The notes beneath the pieces were generated by a model, which had not been told where the DNA came from, searched no databases, and saw nothing but the letters and a program-made list of their open reading frames with translations. Made by a program: the position numbers and the translations under genes. From IMG/VR virus record IMGVR_UViG_3300013132_000046, positions 4,575-68,574 of that record: a DNA stretch of 64,000 bases; one strand, 5' to 3'. Position 1 is the stretch's first letter. The number at the start of each line of letters is the position of its first letter. Below are positions 19,051 through 26,800 of this stretch, piece after piece. This DNA is from a virus.

Positions 19051-19121
19051 TATTCCTCTAATTCATAGGAAGACATTAGGTCTTCCCATTCAGCTACTAG
19101 CTTCCAGTCTTCTTCTTCCAT
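19050..19121 (-). CDS. Acidic micro-peptide (23 aa)
   Basis: MEEEDWKLVAEWEDLMSSYELEE with AGGGAG SD. Confidence 0.4.
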   Translation of the reverse strand: MEEEDWKLVAEWEDLMSSYELEE

Positions 19122-19276
19122 GAAATGAAACTCCCTGGTTAGGATTACGTTAACTTCTTAAAAGACATTCCACACATCTCTGCGAAGAATGCCATATTGG
19201 GGATTCCTAGTTCGACCCCAATCTCTATCAGGGGATGCCTGATAGCTTTTGGCTAACTAATGTGCCAAGGCTAAGG

Positions 19277-19308
19277 AAAAGACAACCTAAGGGTTAGCCT
19301 AGGTTGTC
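19277..19308 (-). terminator. Probable terminator at the end of the non-coding structured region
   Basis: Minus strand GACAACCTAGG-CTAACC-CTTAGGTTGTC-TTTT. Confidence 0.55.
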
Positions 19309-19642
19309 CCATGTAGGTCTTTATATCATCTCTTACCAGAGTAGATATAGACCTTAGACTATCTACTCTTGGTTATCCAATAACCGATGAAACGGTACAT
19401 ATTAGGGGTGTTTCATGTCCCTAACTGACTTCCGGCTTGAATTGAGTCCCCCATGTAGATCCGTCAACCCACACGGGACGCACTATGCTTAGGCTTCTAT
19501 TTATACTCGCATAGTCGAGTAATCTTGAGGTATTGTTGGGGTATTGTCTCTCTATCCTTGGCCTTGCGGCTACATGCTAGGGGATAGTGTTCCCTATATT
19601 TACTGCCAACAGCAGCGAGTCCAACACCATTACCTCTTGAAG

Positions 19643-19677
19643 AAAGATATCCCACAGGTTTCCCCGTGGGATACCAC
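19643..19677 (-). repeat. 35-bp exact repeat, copy 1 (GAAA-loop hairpin)
   Basis: aaagatatcccacaggtttccccgtgggataccac, identical at 19960-19994. Confidence 0.9.
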
Positions 19678-19959
19678 TACCTATAACTGTTGTACAAGTC
19701 GGTAAGCCTTGCACATGAGTCTATATGTTATTCAGATATACCCTATAGACAGGATATATCTAAAGAGGGTGTTTACAGTTCCCACAAACATGATCAAGTG
19801 TTTATAGGTAACACATAACTGCGTGTTTTCAATACACGCATCGAATGCTTTTCTATGAAGAAGGCTGTAGAGGCATTGGCCAGCCTACTAAAGGTTATCT
19901 TATACGCAAAGCGTAAAATAGGGAACCACCCTCAAAGATGCCAATACGACATCTTTAGT

Positions 19960-19994
19960 AAAGATATCCCACAGGTTTCCCCGTGGGATACCAC
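19960..19994 (-). repeat. 35-bp exact repeat, copy 2
   Basis: Identical to 19643-19677. Confidence 0.9.
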
Positions 19995-20301
19995 GCTAGA
20001 CTTGGTTCTAGCACGGGTGGAATGTACCACCTATATCTTCGGTCTTGGTTATACTGGCGGAAGCGCACCAGTAGAGATCTCTGCAGCCTTGATGGGCATT
20101 ACCCCGGGCCGTGGCTTGGCTGGGATTTTAACCGTGTTTTAAGCCACAGTCAACCACTAGTTTGTTGCCCTAGTTGGCTTAATCCAACTACCCGGGCAGG
20201 GCTGGCACCTAGAATGCCATTAGAAGCCACGGAACTGGTGACCCCTACCATGTGGGGGTTGACCAGTGCATGACCTCTAATGGAAGCCTAGGGGCTTGGT
20301 A

Positions 20302-20343
20302 TAAAAGCAGGGGCACCCAAGCAAGATTGCCTGGATGCCCCTG
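20302..20343 (-). terminator. Rho-independent terminator
   Basis: Minus strand CAGGGGCATCCAGGCAA-TC-TTGCTTGGGTGCCCCTG-CTTTTA after the 20362 stop. Confidence 0.7.
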
Positions 20344-20361
20344 TTTCGTCTGTTTCCAGCG

Positions 20362-20574
20362 TCAGAGCTGGGGTTCGGACTGGGTTTCAATCAGTCCACG
20401 GGCTTCAGCCTCGGCCAAGATCCCCTGAATCTTCGATTCGGAGGTGACCTTACCGCGCTGGACCTGGATGACCAGATTCAGCAGCTCCTTGTCGCCCATC
20501 CGGGTGTAATCCACAATCTGCGGACGGGGGAGGGCCACAATGGCCTTCGACGTAAAGGTGATGTTGATGGGCAT
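20362..20574 (-). CDS. Hypothetical early protein
   Basis: Likely start MPINITF after GAAAGGA (track start 20631); GC-rich codon usage. Confidence 0.6.
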   Translation of the reverse strand: MPINITFTSKAIVALPRPQIVDYTRMGDKELLNLVIQVQRGKVTSESKIQGILAEAEARGLIETQSEPQL

Positions 20575-20835
20575 CACCAATCCTTTCTGGGAACCACTGA
20601 TGATAGTGAACATTCCCTTTGGGTCCAACATCAGCAGCCACTCGCGCGAGTGATCTTACTGATGTAAAATCGCAAGAGTGGCGCGACGCGAAGCGGAGTC
20701 GCCACAACGGGAGGGCAACCAGAGGCAAGCCCTGCGCTGAACGGAGCGTGTGGCTCCGTAAAGTCCGCTCTAGGGGCACTTATCCCTAGGGGATAATATT
20801 ATTAGTTAATTGAACCTATGAGTCAGGTTATTGGC

Positions 20836-22725
20836 TTAGCCCATGAAGTTGCGGGAAGCCATGAAGCGATGCTCGTTGATGGGCTTCCATCCCTCCTTCC
20901 AGATCTTGTGGTTGAGGTGGACCTGGTACTGAGCCAGGTTGTTTGCAAGGCGGGGTTCGGTCATGTACATCTTCTTGTACAGAACCTTCCACGCCATCTT
21001 GACGAAGCGCACACCCGCACAGGAAGTGCCGTGCGAGTCATGGATTGGTGAGTATGGCAACCCCTTGATTGCCATGAGCCGAGCGATGCCTGCCACATGG
21101 GCAGCATCTTCCGAGTGAATCACCAGCGGCGGGGCTGCGCTGGCCTGCTTGATCAGCTTACGCTTCATCAGCGTAACCTTGATCTTGCGGTCCCCAACCT
21201 CAAACTCCACGCGGTTGGGCTTTTCATCCTTGTCCCAGTCGTACTGGAACACGAATGACTTGGCACCGTTGTGGTGATGCCAAGTGAAGACCTGGCCCTT
21301 GTCATGTGCCTTGCTATAGGCATCACGAACCAAGCGGATAAACTCCCTCAACTTGGGGAACATCCGCAACAGTGCCGCATGGTACGCCTTGGAAACTTCC
21401 AAGGCATCCTCCCATGCCGTGTCCAGCCTGCCAACCCAAACATCAATCCAGTCTGGGTTGAATGCCTCTGGGTCCTTGGCCAACAATGCCTTGGCCTTCT
21501 TTGGGCAATAGTTATTGCCCTCTGAGATGCGGTCCCAGTCATCTCCGTCCTTGAGGATGAGGCCCTTGGCCAAGCCGCCCGTTCCTGCGCCATAACCAAG
21601 GCGCATGACAAAGTACTTGGCCTCTTCAGGGTGGAAGAACTCCAACAAGGTTCCGCCATAGCCAGCCTGTGCTGACTTGGCAACCTCCTTGTACAATGAC
21701 TTCTTCCTCTTGGTGCCACCAAGGTTGGTGTACCAAGCCAAGGTTGAGTCACCGCACAGCCCAGCAATGCGCTGATAGCCATCGCTGGTGCAGTCTTGCT
21801 GGAACACATAGGACGTTGCCCCCGTGTCTTCCAGCTCAGCCATTGCCACGGCCAATTCAAACCGGGCAACGATCTTGGTGACCTTGCAGCCGAACCAGTC
21901 AGCCGCACTCTGGAGATGGGCAATAGCCCCATCTCGTGGGTGGAAGGGCTGTTCCTGGGTAGGAACAAACCCAATCTTCTCCGACTCCGCATGGGTCATC
22001 GCCATGCGGACGCGGAAGATCAGTTCACGGTAGTTACGGGGAGTAACCCCATCCTCCTTGGCAACCGCCCAGCAAGCTGCCAAGTTTGCCGCCTTGTCTT
22101 TACCAAGGCTGTAAGCCTTGGCGTAGCCCATCAGGCTACGAACCAACACACCGCCCATGTGGGCAAGCGTGTCGGGGAAGTAGAAGCGGCGACGCTTGAA
22201 GCAGTAGAACCTAAACACATCGGTCCCCTGCTTCTCGGCCTGTGCCACAGCCTTGAGAGCCGTGGCAAACTTCAGCCCTCCGCCTTCGGCACCCGGCATC
22301 TTCTGCCCAATGCTGTACAGGCGGGAAGAACCAAACGCCTTCAGGAATCGGAGTGCTTCCGGCCTGAAGGCGTACTGTACGCCCTGAAGGAAGTTCAGGG
22401 TGTCTGCGTCTGATGCAGACAATCCGGGCATTTCCTCCCAAACAGGAGGTTCTGCCCGAGTCAAGAGCGCAGTCTTGGGCACAACCCAGATGCGCTCTGA
22501 ACGATGGCCGTCATCCGTGACCACTTGCTCACGGCTGATGGCGTACTCAGGCCGCAGCAGCAGCTGCTCCACGGCCTTCTTGGCGGCAGCTCCCAGCTCT
22601 GCCTCATTGCCAAGGAACGTGCATGCGTCCTTGGCGACGGCCCAGCACCGCTGGATGGTGAGCGGGTATGTTACCCGCTGAACCAGCGCGCTGAGCATTG
22701 CACTGACAATCTTCTTATTGGTCAT
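20836..22725 (-). CDS. Second, divergent single-subunit RNA polymerase (RNAP-B, 629 aa)
   Basis: Motif A QQDCTSDGYQ (D311), SLYKEVA, motif B AKYFVMRLGYG (K370/Y378), PPLVIHSEDAAH, motif C PIHDSHGT (D563); GAGG SD. Confidence 0.9.
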   Translation of the reverse strand: MTNKKIVSAMLSALVQRVTYPLTIQRCWAVAKDACTFLGNEAELGAAAKKAVEQLLLRPEYAISREQVVTDDGHRSERIWVVPKTALLTRAEPPVWEEMPGLSASDADTLNFLQGVQYAFRPEALRFLKAFGSSRLYSIGQKMPGAEGGGLKFATALKAVAQAEKQGTDVFRFYCFKRRRFYFPDTLAHMGGVLVRSLMGYAKAYSLGKDKAANLAACWAVAKEDGVTPRNYRELIFRVRMAMTHAESEKIGFVPTQEQPFHPRDGAIAHLQSAADWFGCKVTKIVARFELAVAMAELEDTGATSYVFQQDCTSDGYQRIAGLCGDSTLAWYTNLGGTKRKKSLYKEVAKSAQAGYGGTLLEFFHPEEAKYFVMRLGYGAGTGGLAKGLILKDGDDWDRISEGNNYCPKKAKALLAKDPEAFNPDWIDVWVGRLDTAWEDALEVSKAYHAALLRMFPKLREFIRLVRDAYSKAHDKGQVFTWHHHNGAKSFVFQYDWDKDEKPNRVEFEVGDRKIKVTLMKRKLIKQASAAPPLVIHSEDAAHVAGIARLMAIKGLPYSPIHDSHGTSCAGVRFVKMAWKVLYKKMYMTEPRLANNLAQYQVHLNHKIWKEGWKPINEHRFMASRNFMG

Positions 22726-22750
22726 GGTTACCTCTAAGAAAACTTGTGGT

Positions 22751-22825
22751 CATTTAAACTGTTGACCACTTGCAGTTACCCCAAAGGGGAAGCCCAAGGT
22801 AAGACACTTAAGCCTTACCTTGGGG
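22751..22825 (-). promoter_or_regulatory. Triple-hairpin leader element, copy 1 (upstream of RNAP-B)
   Basis: AACTG..CAGTT, CCCC-AAA-GGGG and CCCAAGGTAAG-ACACTTAAGC-CTTACCTTGGG; repeated at 23190-23261. Confidence 0.7.
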
Positions 22826-22830
22826 TAAAG

Positions 22831-23160
22831 TCAGCGAACGCAGGAGATCAGGCGGTTAACATTGAATGACCGCTTCTGTGGAGATCTCCCGCTTGGGATT
22901 TCAAAACCAACAACACACTGCCCAACAACCTCAGTAACGATGAACTCGTCAAACCGCCGAAATTCACCATCAATCTTCATGAACCGGACTGAGTACAGCC
23001 GATCACCGGGCTGAAAGACGTGCCCGATGAACCACGGCTGCGGGTTCCGATTGTATCCCGCTGCCTTTTTTTCTTCCTCCGAGGTTGTGAGGAAGATAGC
23101 AATCATGCCACCCAGGATGAGGAGGACAGCCGCAAAGCAGATGTAGAACAAGATTTCCAT
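22831..23160 (-). CDS. Hypothetical early membrane protein
   Basis: N-terminal TM helix MEILFYICFAAVLLILGGMIAIFL; track start 23181. Confidence 0.6.
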   Translation of the reverse strand: MEILFYICFAAVLLILGGMIAIFLTTSEEEKKAAGYNRNPQPWFIGHVFQPGDRLYSVRFMKIDGEFRRFDEFIVTEVVGQCVVGFEIPSGRSPQKRSFNVNRLISCVR

Positions 23161-23189
23161 CTGAGTCTCGCTTTCAATCAAGGCTAGGC

Positions 23190-23261
23190 CATTTGAACTG
23201 TGGCCCTTACAGTTACCCTAAACAGGGAATCCCAAGGTAAGACACTTAAGCCTTACCCTGG
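23190..23261 (-). promoter_or_regulatory. Triple-hairpin leader element, copy 2
   Basis: AACTGT..ACAGTT, CCCT-AAAC-AGGG and CCAAGGTAAG-ACACTTAAGC-CTTACCCTGG. Confidence 0.7.
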
Positions 23262-23274
23262 AGTAGTACTGCGA

Positions 23275-23748
23275 CTATCTAACAAATTCTTCGTGCTCGC
23301 ACGGCTTCGAGACCAACTCATCATGTGGAATCACCGGATATGGTGATTCGACAAAACCATAAAACTTGTTAACCCATGGAGCGGGAATCCGCATCTTGTC
23401 CCATGTAACATAGGCATAGTACCAGTCCCGCATGACCCATGTTGATGTAACTACGTCGAGAAGCGTAATTGCTTCTCCGTTAATTTCGACAAAATCTAGA
23501 AATGGTTCCTCGCCCCACACCCACCCTTTGATGTAGGTGGGATCTCCCCTAACAATCCTGGACAACAGTGAACGAACACTCCAACACTCCCTTGCTAGGC
23601 GCAACCAACGCACGCGCTGGTTGCGTTCGCGGTAATGCTGGGTTTCGGACGAAACAATGGACAGAATCAAACGAACCCACAACTCAATGGTAACAAAGAA
23701 GTGCTTCACGATCAAACTCGCTTTCTGGTACAAATGTACCAAATTCAA
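23275..23748 (-). CDS. Hypothetical early protein
   Basis: 157-aa ORF filling the space between the giant gene and the leader repeat. Confidence 0.55.
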   Translation of the reverse strand: MNLVHLYQKASLIVKHFFVTIELWVRLILSIVSSETQHYRERNQRVRWLRLARECWSVRSLLSRIVRGDPTYIKGWVWGEEPFLDFVEINGEAITLLDVVTSTWVMRDWYYAYVTWDKMRIPAPWVNKFYGFVESPYPVIPHDELVSKPCEHEEFVR

Positions 23749-23832
23749 GCCAAAAACCCAGGGCTACGGGGGAAAATTACCAACGATGATAATCTATCCA
23801 CCCCGACGAATTTTTTTGACCCCTAAGTCGAT

Positions 23833-26800
23833 TTACAGTAAAGCTTCTGGTGCCTGTATTGGCTGGTTAGCCTTTTGTAAATCTACGGATGTGGAAGTTT
23901 GTTGTGGTTGTGGTTGCTGTGGTTGTGGCTGTGGCAACTGTGGTTGCTGTGGTTGTGGCAATTGTGGTTGCTTAGGTTGTGGCAATTGTGGTTGCTGTAG
24001 TCTTTCCGAACTACGCTTCAAGTATTCTTCTAGATGTCTTTTTGGAATATTATTATATTGTGTTTCTCCTCGCAATACTGCTGGATACTCTGGGAACATT
24101 TCCCTAATTAGTGCATTTGTTGTATCTTCTACTGGTGTAGACATTGAATCTATAATTGCGGATATGTCTCCCTTGGCTCCTCTATACGAGCCTCCTGAGG
24201 TTGGTGAGCTAGTTCCCCATGCTTGTGCTACGGCTACTCTAATTGGTAGTGAGTAACCGTTGGCAATTAGCCAAGGCCCCAATGCTTTATAAGCGGCCCA
24301 GGTTTTTGCATCCCAAGTTTCTTGTGGTGATGCAAATGCTTCAACCATTTTGTATATATCTTTAAATTGTTGCATTAAGCCAGCTTCAGCAACAGAGCTA
24401 AGCATACCACCCTGTGATCTACCGGTTGCTGCTGCTATACTAGCATTAGCAATTAACCCTAGTATGTTATTACTAAATATTGGATTACGCATAACATACC
24501 TAGCAATTTCGCTGATATTGTCTCTTCTATTAAGTTTTTCTAGGATATCTTCATAACTTAATGTGCCTCTAGCCAAAGCAAGTACAAGGTTATAAGTAAA
24601 GTCTAGTAAACTTGCAGTAGCAAGCATCATACCCATTTTTGGAAAACTAGCTGTACTACCTCTTCTAATTATTTGCTGAGCAACAAACAAAGAAGTATAT
24701 GATTTATAGAATGTTAGTAGATCGGTAGCTAAGTTATCACTTCGTGGGGCATCTAGTGCTTTACGGACAACCATACCTCTTGTTGTGTTAAATTCTTGGA
24801 ATTTAGCCATAGCTGTTTTAGCTAGACTTAGTTCAGCTAGTAATTCATTCCTAGTTAAGAATGGTCTTGGTAGTGGTCCGGTTGATCTTGGTGAGGTTGA
24901 GTCTTTTAGTTCTAGTTCGACATCCATCATATCTTGGAATAGAATAACACCTCTAAATGTATTCTTTTCTGTTCTGATATATCGCAATGCCTCTAGTCTC
25001 TTGCCCTCCAGTAAACCAGATTGAATTATATATACAGCAACTTCTTGGTCAATAAAACCTAACTTGTTTTGCCGCAGTAATTCTTTAATTTGACCAACTG
25101 TGGTTGGTTTAGTTGCGGCAGCTCTATAGGCATCTCGGAATCTATTAAGATGTCCCATTCTTTCTAGTTTAACTATTAATCTATTACCGGCAGCATCCAT
25201 AGCAACTCTTACAGATTTCATTGCACTGGAGTTGGAACGGGATCTATTTAGTTTCCATCTATCCCAGAATCCTAATTTTTCAATTAGATCTGAAGATGGA
25301 TCCATAGATAAGAGATTGCTTGGTAGCATTGGTGAAGTAGTTTCTTCAACAAATGATAAAGTATTTTGAGCAAGTCTTCTAATCTTTCTTTGTCTGATTG
25401 GGAAGAATTGTCTTTTTGTTCTTCCACTTGCGTCTGTTACTTTTCCTGGGAAACCAGAAGTATCTACTATAGCATTTGCCGCATTAACTATACCATCTTC
25501 TGCCATATCTCTTAGGAATCTAAAGGAAGATATAACACCAACAAACGGGTTGCTTTCTTGGAACATTTGCGACATTGTACTCATTACACCCTCTACCATA
25601 TAAGTAGCTGTGTTGATATTCATACCGAACCGCATTAATACAAGTGTTTTAGCTCGGTTGTTCCAATCTGCTAGGCTTTGGCCCATGTCTGTGGTATCTC
25701 GTACTAGATTACCCTTTGTTTCTAGTAGCGCAAGTCTAAGTCTATTGATACCTTGACGCATTAAAGCGTTGTTATCAATCTTTAGGTTTCTTTCTCCACG
25801 TTGATCAAATAGGGTAATGTTTCTGCTATTGGAATTAACTGTTTGATCATTCTCAGCTTCAAACATATCTAAGATCTGAGATATATTGAAGTATGCATTT
25901 GGAATACCTGATAGCTGCTGAACCATTTTACGTTCAATAGCATCATATGCAATCTTACCAGTACCCTTAGCCAATGTTGATAGATTTGTTTCAAACAACT
26001 TAAGCATGTTTGGGTTAGTTGATAAGAATACATCTCTGCTGGTTAGGAATACAGAATCCTGTTTAAATAGCGCAGAAGACTTTGTAACTCTATTTAGGAA
26101 CTCAATGGTTAGTACATCAGATGGACCCAAGATACCAGTCATTTCTCCAGTTAAACCATGTGGCATGTTTCTATCAGAAATACTAAAGTGTTTCCTTACG
26201 TCATCTCTTTGGAACTTAGTATTCCATCTTTCGGCTGTTTTTTCATCTGTTGGAATTAGGAATGCTTTCTTAAAAGCTAGTACAACCATGTCCATATTTT
26301 GGGTTGTCATTCCACCAAATGTTTTTTCTAAGGTAACATCACCATCTCTAGTTTGCCACAGTATTTTATGAATTATTTCCTGTACATCTTTATGGATTCT
26401 AACCAAAGATTGTGTAGAAGCATAATCTGCTACTGTTGTAATACCTGTTCTACCAATTGATTGTTTTGCAGCTGTTCTTACAGCCCAATTTATAATTGCT
26501 TCTCTACCACCATTAGCAATAGTATCCTTACCGGAAATAATATCAGCCACAACCTTGTTTAAAGATGCTTCATCTGCTACTAGCATTTCTTCTGGATTTA
26601 GTGGAATTATTCCAGAAGTATATCCTAATAGTGGAGAGAATGTCGCATACTTCCCATTAGTATCTAACATTGCTATATTCTTATTAACCAGTTCTTGTTT
26701 AATTATATCAAACGCATCTCTAGCTAGGTTACGATCCTGTAATAATGAAGTATCTCTTAGTCTAACCGGGAACACATCATTTTTACTAGTTTTTTCTAAC

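Larger units (their letters stand above)
19310..20290 (-). ncRNA. Candidate structured non-coding RNA region
   Basis: About 1 kb with no minus-strand ORF of 60 aa or more, more than 10 short inverted repeats, bounded by terminators. Confidence 0.35.

Noticed and set aside
19643-19994. 35-bp palindromic repeat as a possible CRISPR array
   Set aside because: Only two copies, 282 nt apart, and no cas genes in the window.
21380-22640. Frequent CCWWGG hexamers in RNAP-B
   Set aside because: Largely explained by GCC-AAG-G and similar codon pairs.
19855-22737. Numerous plus-strand and alternative-frame ORFs in the GC-rich block
   Set aside because: Expected from high GC and codon bias of RNAP-B; no recognisable motifs, and against the genome-wide strand orientation.
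23657-24256. Plus-strand 199-aa ORF with a Cys/Gly-rich metallothionein-like repeat
   Set aside because: It is the antisense shadow of the QPQLPQP repeat at the end of the giant gene.
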